From assembly GCA_031835245.2 (NCBI GenBank), contig JAVKOQ020000027.1:248001-312000 (forward strand): DNA of 64,000 nucleotides, in the 5' to 3' direction. The notes below the pieces were generated by a model. That model made no database searches. It had not been told where the DNA came from and saw only the letters and a list, made by a program, of their open reading frames with translations. Of this stretch, positions 36,268 through 46,929 are shown piece by piece. The DNA is from Balamuthia mandrillaris. Taxonomy: Eukaryota. How positions within the stretch are numbered: the stretch's first letter is position 1; every line of letters starts with the position of its first letter. The position numbers were made by a program, and so were the translations under genes.

Positions 36268-37045
36268 AGAAAGAAAGAAAGAAACGAAAAGAAAGAAACG
36301 ACACGAAAGAAACGACAAGAAAGAAAGAAAGAACAACAACAACAAGAGAGACAGAGAGCGAGAGGAGAGGAGAGAGGAGAGAAGCAGAGACAGAACACAA
36401 GAAGAAAAGGGAACGGACAAAAAAAAGAGAGAAGGAATAAAAAACCTTCGCAAGAGCCGTGGCAGTAGCCCCACAGAGCATATGAATGGCCGAAGAGGTC
36501 TTCCTCTCGGCCAAGGCGGGGCTAACAATGCCCTCCACGTCCCCGCCGACGATCAACGCCTGCTTCCAGTACTTGAACACCGCCTCCCTGTTGGTCTCCG
36601 GCACCATCAGGAGGAACTGCCGCCACTCCCCAAAGTCGATCTCGCCGTTGCCGTTGGCGTCGATGCGGCGAAAGAGGGCTCGGACCTCCTCCTCGTCGTG
36701 CTTCATGCCCATCAGGTGCAGCGCCCTCTCCACCTCCTCCAGCTCCAGCGCCCCGTTGTGGTTGGTGTCCAGCTCGTCAAAGAGCAGGCGCAGCTCCCTG
36801 GTGCGCTCCTCCACGAACTGCTGGAACTCTTCCAGCGTGATGCCGCCGTCCCTGTCCCTGTCCATGCGGGCCAGGAGGGCTTGGACGTGGGCGTCGGTGT
36901 AGGGGAGGCGCAGGGACTTCATGCCCTCGACAAGCTCGGTGCTGGTGAGTTTTCCGTCCCCATCTTTGTCGAGGCGGGCAAACTCGTTGCGGACGAGCGC
37001 CTCATCAGGAGCCGCCACCACCGCTTCTTGCTGTTTGCTTTCCAT
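34653..37045 (-). CDS. Calcium-binding mitochondrial ATP-Mg/Pi carrier (SCaMC, SLC25A23/24/25 family)
   Basis: Four EF hands (DKDGDGKL, DRDRDGGI, DTNHNGAL, DANGNGEI) followed by carrier repeats PLERLK, YPLEVIKTRL, HPLHVVKSRL, GFYRG. Confidence 0.93.
35183..35466. repeat. Intronic (GAGAGG)n polypurine tract
   Basis: Visible directly, about 280 bp. Confidence 0.95.
36012..36330. repeat. Intronic (GAAA)n with CGACAA interruptions
   Basis: Reverse complement of the compound repeat at 20530-21125. Confidence 0.95.
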
Positions 37046-37301
37046 CCCTCTTTCTTTCTTCGTCGTCAATTTAAGGTATTTTATGTCGACGATCTTTTAT
37101 TGATTTAAGATTGAAGCTTTGAAAAAATCGTTTTCACCAGGACGTCATGAAATACAGTGATGTCACCTTTAACTCAAAGAGGAAATGATGACATACGTTT
37201 ATAGGGAAATTCGGAATTTGAAGGCGAAAATTCAATTCACCAAAGCAGAAAAGAAAAAAAGGAGTGACACGCGCACGGAGGGACCCAAAAAAACAAAAAG
37301 G

Positions 37302-38344
37302 ATGCGGGTCGTGGGGAGAGCGTGGGTCGTTCTGTGGTGCTTCTTCTTCATCGGATGGGTGGCGGCTGGTCCGTGGGACCCTATCCCTTGGGACTCTGTC
37401 CCCATGGCCAAGCCATGTTCGTATTATATCCATTTTTTTGTCCTGTTACTTGATTTATTTATTTATGTTCAGCGCCTCACCTTTTTCTCTCTCTCTCTCT
37501 CTCTCTCTCAAACGTAACACACAAAAAGCGGATAAGGTGGACTTTTATTATGTGGAAGCGCCGCTGCTGTCTGCTGAGGTATTATTTGTTTATTGTTTAG
37601 TTTTATCGAATTGTTTGTTCACGTCTCCTTCTACAGATTGGGACCACCATCCTGGGGTACTTTGACTTGTTCCATGGAGCTGTTGCCATTCATAATAGGT
37701 TATTATTCTTCTTTCACTTTCTCCTGCATTGTTCCTTTCTCCTTTCTCCTTTCTCCTTTCTCCATTCTCTTGTGTGCTTCTCACAACAAAAAAAAAAAGG
37801 GATTCTGGAGTAAACATAACCATCAACTATGACGCGGACGACTTTTACCACTCCTTCTACCCAAAGCTGGTCACCAACAGCACTGGCCATAAAGCGTTAG
37901 AATGGATCAATGGAGGTTTGTCTCTTATTATTTTTTTTTCTTTGTTTTATCTTCTTTTTCTCCTCCATCATTGCTGCTTCTTCTTATCCTCAGTATTACT
38001 TTTTCTTTCCGCTTTCTTCTTATTCTCCTTTCCTCTTTTTTCTTTGGTCTCTTTCCTTTCTGTGTTTTGTTGTTATAAGGGGCGGTTTTGATCTACAAGG
38101 GCATAAATGCTTCATATTGGGTGGAGGAAGGTCTCCGTCGGCCAGTGACCTCTGTGAGCGGGGACCTGTTTAACAAGTACATGATGTGGTTGAGGACTGT
38201 GAACGACACCTATCTCTACTATAACTTTTGGGATGTGTGGTCTTCTTTCCCTGATGGAACTCATTACTTGAAAGGTTGGACGTGTTTCGACTTTGTATGG
38301 AAGAGTATGCAAGTGTTGCATGGTAGTTTCTTCCTCTATTTTCG

Positions 38345-38380
<36 letters not shown>

Positions 38381-38911
38381 ACAACGAGACACACATCGCT
38401 TAAAAAGACATGGGTGCAAAGTTGGATACGAACAAACGAAGTAAGGATTGGGCCAACTTGTATTCTTCCAGCGCCCCCATCCTGCTTGATAGCAACAATC
38501 CTGCACACATGCAGCAAGTTCTTCAATATTGGGAGGTACTTAAAAGCTTTCTTCCTGTTTACTCTTACTCTTTCTTCACTTGCACCCACTTACTAGTTTG
38601 TTTAAACCACCAAAAAGACATTGTTGGATCTGCGGCACGCCTCTTGGGAGGAAGTGATAACAACGTTGGTGGACATCTTGGAGGGAAAGTTCTACATTCG
38701 TGTCGATGAGTCCTACTATGAAGTCAAACTGCACTTCCCATATCCTTTTTACTTTATGTTTCATACCCGTTTACTCTTTCTTGGCTCTCCAAAGTTTCTG
38801 TTCTCCCTTAACTCTCGTACATTCTTGTGGGTGTCCTATGCGTCACAGCCATGGACAGCAGCAGCCAAAGCGATGGCCGCTTTCCTCGCCAAGAGGGCTC
38901 TCGCTTCCTAA
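37302..38911 (+). CDS. CLN5: CLN5 homolog (lysosomal NlpC/P60-fold BMP synthase/thioesterase), multi-exon
   Basis: Signal peptide; FYYVEAP, LFHGAV (catalytic His), VSGDLFNKYMMW...NDT..YY.FWDV, WTCFDFV (catalytic Cys), ANLYS, KLHFPFLWVSY, all colinear with CLN5. Confidence 0.85.
38740..38820 (+). other. U12-type AT-AC intron
   Basis: 5' ATATCCTTT, branch CCTTAAC at 38806-38812, 3' AC. Removal gives KLHFP-FLWVSY, matching the CLN5 C-terminal motif. Confidence 0.85.
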
Positions 38912-39101
38912 ATAAAGTTTCTTTCTTCTCCTTCACTGATGTGTGTTTTTGTGTACTCCTGCGAACTTAAAGGGGACAAAGAAGAAAGAAGAAGAAGAAG
39001 AGGGAGAATAGACCAAGTGTTTGTTTGGTTGATTGTTTTTATAAAATAACAGGGAAAAACGAGAGACACAAAAAGGTTCAAAGGCGGGGCAAAGAGTTTG
39101 T

Positions 39102-42100
39102 TTACTCATCCAAAGGAGGAGCAGCGCTGCCGGTTTCCTTCTTGTTGGCGTTCAGCTGATCAAAAAGATCCTCAAACTCATCCTGCAGCTTCAAAATCTT
39201 ATCGGAGAGGCTCTCGTTCTTGCTCTTCAGCTCGGCAATCTCCTCCTCCAAGATGGTCCTCTCGCTGTCTCCCTGAGAGCTGAGGTCGCCAATGACTTTA
39301 GCATTCTGCTGCTCTCTCTCGAGAAGCAACTTCTTGAGCTCCCTGGTGCTGTCGGCAAACTTGCGCTTGGCCTCCCTCTCGGTGTCGAGTTGGGCGCGGA
39401 GGTCATCAAGCTTGCCCTTGAGATCCCTGACGTCCCTCTCGGCGAGGCGGTTCCTTCTGGTGAGCTCGTCGATCTCGCCCTTGAGGAGCTGCTTGTCGCG
39501 GGCGTGGTTCTGGCGCATTTCGTTGATCTGCTCAGAGGCGGAGCCCTCGCGGCTGCTCTTCTTCCTCAGCTCATCGAGCTCCTGCTGGAGGCGGCGGTTG
39601 GCGGTGGTGAGCACAGCGCGGGCGTCCTCCTCCGCCTCGAGACTGTCCTTGGTGGCCTCCAAGTCGGTCTTCAGCTTCTGAATCTCTCTCTCCAGCTTGG
39701 CAACATTCCTTTCGCTGTCCTCGGCAGCATTCTTAGCCTCTTCAGCCTCGGTGGCAGCGGTCTTGGCCTTCCTCTCAGCATCAGCCTTGGCCTCCTCGGC
39801 GGCGAGCAGCTCCTCGCGGAGAAGGTTGATCTGGTCCTCCAGCTTCTTGATGTCCTCCTCGTTGGCGGTACCCTTGGGGGCTTCCTCGAGGGCTTGGGTC
39901 AGTTCGGTAATTTGTTGTTGCATCTTCTTCTTGGCTTGGCGGGCGTTCTCCCTTTCGGTCTCCAGGTCCGCCTCCACCTCGGCGAGGTCGTCCTCGATGT
40001 TCTTCTTCTCTTTTTGCAGCCTGGAGATGTTGTTCTCAGCTTCCTCAAGGGAGGCTTTGAGGTCATCAGCCTCGGCCTTTTGGTGCTTGAGCTTGTTGGT
40101 GAGGTCATTCTTAGCGGCCTCCAACTTGTCGAGCTTCTCCTCGAGGTCCTCGACCTTGGCCTCAAGAGCCTTCTTGGCCTTGTCCATGTTGGTCTTGGCG
40201 GCCTGTTCGTCCTCGAGCTCCTCCTGGCGGTCCTTGACCTCGTTCTTCAGGTTCTTGACGGCCTTCTCCAATGAGGCGTTCTTGGACCTCTCAGAGTCGA
40301 GGTCGGCCATGGCGTCGTTCAGTTGTCTGTTAAGGCGAGAGAGGGTGTCGTTGGCAGAGTCTTTGCCCGTCTTCTCATCCTCGTACTTCTGCAAAAAGTC
40401 GTCACGCTCGCTCTCCAACCTCTTCTTGGCGGTATCGAGCTCGTTCAGGCGGGCCTCCTTCTGCTCCAGAGTGCTCTCCAGGTTCCTCTTGTCCTCCTCC
40501 AGCTTCTTCTTTTGCTTCATGAGGTCATCAAAGGCGGCGGTCTCGTCCTTGATCTCCTCCTCAAGGGTGTGAACACGGCCTTCCAACAGCTTCTTGTCCT
40601 CCTCGAGATCAGCCTTGAGGCCCTCAACCTCAGCCAAGTGCAACTTCAACTTGTCGAGCTCGGCCTGAAGGGCATCGGCGTCCTCCTCAGCCTCATTGAG
40701 GTCCTTGAGGAGCTTCTCCTTTTCGGCGCGGAGCTCCTCGACTTGCTTCTCCAGCTCCTTGCACTTCTTCTTGAGTTCCTCCAGTTCCTTCTGGAAGTTC
40801 CTCTTGCCGATAAGAGGGGCAGCCTTGGTGAACAGCTGGAACCAGGGCCAATCCCTGAGCTCCAACCAGGTGCGGATGTTCCTCTGCAAAAGGATGGCGC
40901 TGGTGGTCTGCTCAGCGATCTTCTGGTAAGCTCTCCTGGCAAGGAAGGCGCGAGCACCAGCCTGCACGGAGACGATCATGCTGGAAATAAGCTTCTCGCG
41001 GAGCTCTTCGATCTGGGCCAGCTGACCGGTCCTGAAGAAGATCTTGGTGACACCAAAGCGGAATTCCTCCTGCTTGATCTTTTGGGCGTGGGTCTTGACA
41101 AGGTAATCCATGAGCTCCTTGACAGCTTCCTTCGCGTCGGAGGCGCGGGAGTTCATGCCAGGCTTGAGGAGGTAGTACCTCTTCAAGAAGTCGGCATATT
41201 TGGTTCGGTTAGGCCAACCCTTGCGGGAAATACGAATACCTTCCAACACACCGTTGCAGCGCAGCTGCTCAAGCACAACCTTGTCGGAGATGTATCCCGT
41301 TCGCTGCTCCAAGTTGGGGAGGATGCAACGGATAAAGTGAGGGCTGGTGGAACGGAGGGTGGTCATCAAATGGGTCAACTGCTCTTGGTACTGGTTGGCT
41401 ACAGTGATGAACTGGGCACCTCCCTTGCCCCTACGGCCGGAGGAGGCAGAGCGGCCGGTGCTGGCCTCTTCCTGGGCGGGCTTGAAGGAGGGGACCAAGC
41501 TCTCATCAAAGAGGTCCCTCACGAAGAGGGAGGTGCTCTCCTTGAGACAGAGGCTGAGATCGTCCTCGAGGGGGTCTCTGTTCTTCTCCAACCACTCCTC
41601 AGTAGAGTACTCCACAACGCCAGCATAGTGAATGACCTTGAAGGTGTTGGCCTGGAATCGGGGGGTACGGAAGTTCCTGTGGCTGTCGTGGAACTCGTGA
41701 AGCTTCTTGGTGAAGCTGGTGTCGTCAGCATCAGGGAACACGGTTTGTTCGTCCAACAAGGGAAGGATACCGATGGGCTTCTTCTCGATGAGATCGATAC
41801 AGTCCTGAGAGTCCATGCCGAAGTCGACGAAGTTCCAGTCAATCTTTTCCTTCTCATACTCCTGCTGCTCCAAGGTGAACATGTGGTGGTTGAAGAACTG
41901 CTGCAACTTCTCGTTGGTGTAGTTAATGCAGAGCTGCTCGAAGGAGTTCTTCTCGAAGATTTCGAAGCCGGAAATATCCAACACACCGATGAAGTAGGCC
42001 TTCTTGGTGGGGTGAGACAGAGCTTGATTGATCTTCTTCACCACCCACAAGAAGAGACGGCCGTAGAGAGCCTTGCAAAGGGCATCTCGGGAGGCAGAGG

Positions 42101-43588
42101 CCTTGGCCTGGTTCAAAGCCTTGGTCACCCACTCGTTACCAGCCTTGATTCTGGGGGAGAGAAGAGCAGCCTGCAGCTTGGCGGGTTGCACGCCCAACAA
42201 GGAGGCGGCAGTCTCGAGTTCCTTGGGGCCAGCGAGGGCAGCCACTTCCCTGGCACCTTGAGTGAAAGGCAAGTTACCCAACCACAAGATGGCGGATAAC
42301 ACTTGCCAGATGCTGTAGCGCTCCTCCGCACTGACGCTGAGGATGTCGAGGGCCTTGTTGGAGTGGTCAAACTCTTGGGCGTCGTCGATGCTCTTCACAG
42401 TGGTGCAGCCGCTCTGGTTCAAGAAATTGTAGTCCTTGGGAGCGGTGAGGTGGAGCTTAGCCTTCATGTCGGCGGGCATGGCACTGGAGAGAATCTGGTA
42501 GAAGACGTGGAAGTTTCTCTCCTCCTTAGCTTGGAAGACCACACGAGACTTCTCAAGCAAGTAGATGAAAGTGTGGGCACCAGCGATTTGTCCTCCGTGG
42601 TTAAACTGCAGCTCGATGAACTTACCGAAACGAGACGAGTTGTTGTTCTTGGTGGTCTTGGCGTTACCGAAGGCTTCAAGGATAGGATTGAACTCCAACA
42701 GCTGTTGTTCCAAGATAGAGCCACCAGTGCCAGCGCTACCAGCGATGGCGGTCAAGTACTGAATGACCTTCTTCGTGTTTTCAGTCTTACCAGCGCCGGA
42801 CTCACCCCTATTTTATTAAACCGTCGTTAGTTAAGAATTAAAAAATGGTCGAGCAGGCACGAAACATACGTGATGAGCATGGACTGATTTGTGCTGGTTT
42901 GAAGCATGGCGCGGTAGGCACCATCGGACAGGGCGAAGATGTGAGGAGCGACCTTATCCCTAGGGCGGCCGCTGTAGAGGTCTACGATTTCTTTTGTATA
43001 CACAGGCAACCTCTTGTAAGGATTGATAACGACCAAGAACAAGCCGCTGTAGGTCTGTGGTTGTGGAGTACGTTTTAAAGGGGAAAAGATTAATTAATTG
43101 GACGACTAATAATTAAAAATAATATCGGGGAGGAGGAAACACAAAGAGGCGGGGGAGTGCGTACGTGGAAAAGATCGGCGTCGTAGCGCTTTTTAAGATT
43201 GTACAAAACAGCGGGCTCGTTCAGGTAACCCAATTCGGCCATATCCTCCACTCCGTCGAACTTGGGCGGATTGACGCCCATGAAGGTCTTTTCATTTTTG
43301 TCTTGTGTTTTTTCCTGTTTATTTTTGTGTGTGATTAGCCAACGATCAAAGAAGAGAAGTATTGAAGGAAAAAAAAAGTACCTCGCCACCTTCCGTGCGG
43401 ACGGTGAACTTCTTGCCGTCATCCTTGAGGACCTCGGCGTAGTTGTAGGCTACGTCGCTCTCCTTAGGGGCGGGCCACCACACCATGGTTTTGTCGGAGG
43501 CAGCAACATTGAAGCCGCTCTGTTTGTACTTGAGGTACTTCACGTAGTTGCTCTCCTCTGCTCCCTTTCTTCTCCTTGCGGAAGACAT
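39102..43588 (-). CDS. Myosin II heavy chain (about 1415 aa, short coiled-coil tail)
   Basis: [69 protein letters not shown]-like motifs, WPWFQLF, heptad tail. Confidence 0.97.
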
Positions 43589-44946
43589 CTATTTATGCCG
43601 TTGGAATAAATAAAGAATGGAATAAGTATACAAATTGTTTTTGTTGGTGTTCGTGTGTGTGCGATCAAAAATCAAATCGGTCGAGTAACAGGTACAAATA
43701 AATAAAAGGAGAGAGAGAGGGAAAAAAAAAGGTAGTGTGCTACACAATCAACTCCGTTTGTGGTGTGTGTATGCGTATACAAGAGTGACAAGCAGAGTGG
43801 AACGAAACCCAAAAATAAAAAAAAAAATGATTGGGTATAATATTTTGAAGTAGCAAAAAAAAAAAAGCGCAAGCAGGACACAAGACAGACAGATTTGACA
43901 CAGACACACCACACAAAAAAAGTTGGCGTAAGTGCTGCGGTACCTTTTTTCGGTGTGTGTAAGTATGTATAGGGTGTGTGACCGGTACTGTCAAAAGAAA
44001 GGAAAAGAGAAATGAAAAAAAAAAGGGGGTTTTAGGCACAGAAAATAACGAAACTCAAAAGCGAGAACCCACAATAAAAAAAAGAAAAATCGATTGCGAG
44101 TTAACCCCCCAAGTAAGTTATTTTTTTTTGGCTATTTGGTGTTTCACGAGCACAAAAGAAAAATTTATTGGGCTTGTTCTTCTTTTTATGCCGCCCCGTT
44201 ATTTTTTTATTGCCTTGATTGTATCGGGGAACTGGCAGGTGAACCCTTTGCTAGGTCTCGCAAGCTGAGGAAAGGAAGGGTCGTCCAGAAACGGCAGATT
44301 CCGGGATATTAGATTGGGACTTTATAAGGTAAATGTCGGAGTTTCCAGCTGATGTGGCATGATCTGATAGGTGGTGATGTCGACATATAATATTTCGGAG
44401 CCAATCGGGGTGATGCAATTTTTGTTATCGGGGTCCATCATTAATTCTACGCAATATAGAAGGCACGACGGTTGGCAGTGCAACGGCTGGTTGGTGAAAG
44501 TTGGTAGTGTACAAGCGGTAACCGGTGAGAGGAAAGCTGGAGTGGAGTGATTGCCAGCATTGCGATACAATGAGAACAAGGCAGCGGCTTTCGCACCAAG
44601 GATAACGTCGGAAACATACGGGCTTGTTGTTATTATTGAGGTTGAGGTGTTTTTCTCCTTTCCAACACAATATCCCACCCACGCATGCAGGTTACCAACC
44701 GCTACTGAAGAAATGAATAAGTTAGTTGTGCTTGGTAGGTGTTGCGTTTGATGCAAAGCACATTTTAAATAAATTACATTAAAGACAACGATGTATTGAT
44801 GCCTGTTCATGTTATGGCGTACTTCACCAGCCAGGCGACTATCCATGAGCCACCCACCACACAAACAGACAGTAAGACCATCGACAAAAAATCATTTAAA
44901 AAATGAAAAAAAATAAAAACCAACAACAATTAAACAAAAAAGTATA

Positions 44947-45018
44947 AGCTGTTGATGGGACTCGAACCCACAACCTTTGGCTTCGAAGGCCAACGCTCTT
45001 CCATTGAGCTACAACAGC
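44947..45018 (-). tRNA. tRNA-Arg (anticodon TCG)
   Basis: Reverse complement GCTGTTGTAGCTCAATGGAAGAGCGTTGGCCTTCGAAGCCAAAGGTTGTGGGTTCGAGTCCCATCAACAGCT. Full cloverleaf, with T6 downstream. Confidence 0.95.
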
Positions 45019-45813
45019 TGAGATTGTTTTTTAAGGAGGGATACTAATCTAGTGGATCATACTTCTCTGCTTTTATCCACGAAACGAAAATAGGTCCCTT
45101 ACTTGTCGTGTAGCTCTTCTTTCGTTCGTTTATTTATTATGCGTGCCAATGTCCTCGATCTTTCTTGTATAAGCTTGTGCGCAGCTGAACGCCTCCTTCG
45201 GAGAGCTGTTTTTTTGCACAACGGGTCTAACCAGCAAACGTTCAGGCATGCACGAAAACTGCTGGACGAGGGAACGGACATTTATGGGCCTTCCCTTTTG
45301 TTGTGCTCTCGGGAGGTTCGGGAACAAGCCTTGCTCTTGTCGGACCTTTTCTGGTTTGGTAATTCGCCATCCTTGCGGTTCAGCATTGGCTGACCTGTTT
45401 CACGACCTTAATTTTCCAACAAAACAGTTTTTTTTGAACCAACGCAACAAAAACCACAGCAATCAATTTGCAAATTTTTTGTTTTGCGTGTTGCTCAGGG
45501 CTCCTAAAGTACCACGTTTTTGCAGGGAACGCCAAGGTTTGGCTCCTTAAACTACAAAAGTTTAAACTTTTGTGTCAAACAACAAATCTGTCGAAAAAAA
45601 TTCCACGGCGAGCAGGAATTCGTTTCCAACAAAAGTTTGTGTCCTGAAATAGGTCAGGCGGAGAAGGCGCGGGCGCGACCGATCCATTAATTAAAATTCG
45701 CCATAGATGTGGACTGCGCTCTTCCGTTCGAACAGACAAAAAGGAAAAACTCACGAGAGGAACAGACAACGCAGATGAGGAAGCAACACGGCAACAATTT
45801 CTACCATACCAAC

Positions 45814-46302
45814 ATGGTGCCCAAGTTCGGTGTTCTAGTGCTTTTCTTCTTCCACCTTGGTTCCGCTGTCCCCCGTTTGCATAGTGGTATGAAGAGTTCC
45901 TCTCGCTTCCAGTCACCTCACTGGTTCTGCTTACCATGCTTCTGTTCTTCACTGTACTCCTTTTTCCCAAAAGAGAACCTTTGCGTTTTGACGTTGAGAA
46001 CGTTCAGCGATGTCCGTTGCACAGCTCTGTCCACTGACACCTATTTTCCCTGCCGTGAAGTGACTGTGCTCCACGGCTTTTGCAACATAATGGAGGGCAT
46101 CACCGGCACTGTGGATTGCATTGCTGGCACATACACCATTCATAATAATTTGGAGTGCAAGGATCAAGGCACGACACATCGACCCTGTGGGTGTTTCCCC
46201 AACGGAGATGGGACCTACTCGCGGTTTGACATGGGACGGACGTGCCCCGAAGAGTGGAGCGAGAGCAGTGCTGTTTCCCATCGGAGTGCCTTTTGGATTT
46301 GA
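45814..46302 (+). CDS. Small secreted Cys-rich protein of unknown function (probable intron about 45887-45973)
   Basis: Signal-like MVPKFGVLVLFFFHLGSA; mature part with about 9 Cys (CKDQGTTHRPCGCFPNGDG). Confidence 0.55.
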   Translation: MVPKFGVLVLFFFHLGSAVPRLHSGMKSSSRFQSPHWFCLPCFCSSLYSFFPKENLCVLTLRTFSDVRCTALSTDTYFPCREVTVLHGFCNIMEGITGTVDCIAGTYTIHNNLECKDQGTTHRPCGCFPNGDGTYSRFDMGRTCPEEWSESSAVSHRSAFWI

Positions 46303-46391
46303 GCAAAGTTATGCAGGAGAAAAAGCGAATACAAAGTTTGTATTGTAAGGCATTGGTGTCAGGTGAAGTTGCTGGAGAGGAGGTAATCTCT

Positions 46392-46625
46392 TCACTTGTT
46401 TTTGCCCGCAGTGGGGTTGAACGAGCTTGACTGGGGATTCATGGCATTGCTCCTATCGTCGAAGCTTTGCTTGGCTCCCATGTCCCCTTTGGCCGCCTGG
46501 GATTGGTTCGAAGCGGCGGACCTTGAGCTGGCGCGGGCAGTAGAACCTCCCGCCTGTTGCGTGGTCGGGTTGTAGGCGGACGACTGGGGGTTGAAAGCGT
46601 GAGAACGCGGGTCGTTGCTGGACAT
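46392..46625 (-). CDS. 77-aa hydrophilic protein with two RSxAxNPQSSxF/YNP repeats
   Basis: MSSNDPRSHAFNPQSSAYNP...DDRSNAMNPQSSSFNP; upstream TATA box. Confidence 0.7.
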   Translation of the reverse strand: MSSNDPRSHAFNPQSSAYNPTTQQAGGSTARASSRSAASNQSQAAKGDMGAKQSFDDRSNAMNPQSSSFNPTAGKNK

Positions 46626-46697
46626 GATTCTTGGCTTGTTCAAACCAGTTGTTATTTTGTTGCTGGAAAAGAAAGGAGAAGGACGAGAACCGGCACC

Positions 46698-46705
46698 TAT
46701 TTATA
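46698..46705 (-). promoter_or_regulatory. TATA box (TATAAATA)
   Basis: Consensus TATA about 75 nt upstream of the ATG at 46625. Confidence 0.55.
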
Positions 46706-46929
46706 GCTTGAAGGCCGAATGTCCAGGACGTGCACACCGTTCTTGCTGTGTTTTTTCTGTCGTCTTGGTGCAGTTTTCCATGTCGGTAACCATTCAACTT
46801 GCTCGCACGAACAGAGGCTGAAGGAAGGACTAAGAATCATGAAGGGAGAAGGAGATGACGAAATGTTGTTGTTGAAAGGAACTTTCAAACTTACAAAAGA
46901 AAAAGAAGACAAGACAAACATAAAAATGA

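Noticed and set aside
37425..37435. ATATCC in CLN5 intron 1 as a third U12 donor
   Set aside because: The compatible AC acceptor creates a stop and there is no CCTTAAC branch site. A GT-AG intron restores the frame.
39390..42299. Long + strand ORFs (294, 291 and 658 aa) opposite myosin II, and similar ones opposite the ankyrin, SCaMC and GCC-repeat genes
   Set aside because: Antisense shadows caused by GC3-rich codon bias; no recognisable motifs.
44322..44864. 180-aa minus-strand ORF with a faint U-box-like look (FLSPVT...ELMMDP)
   Set aside because: The spacing does not fit a U-box and there is no supporting gene structure. It may be a decayed gene, but it cannot be called.
45060..45400. 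Possible structured RNA next to tRNA-Arg (CTGAACG/CGTTCAG stem, T-run)
   Set aside because: Only short stems; no snRNA, SRP or RNase P/MRP signature recognised.
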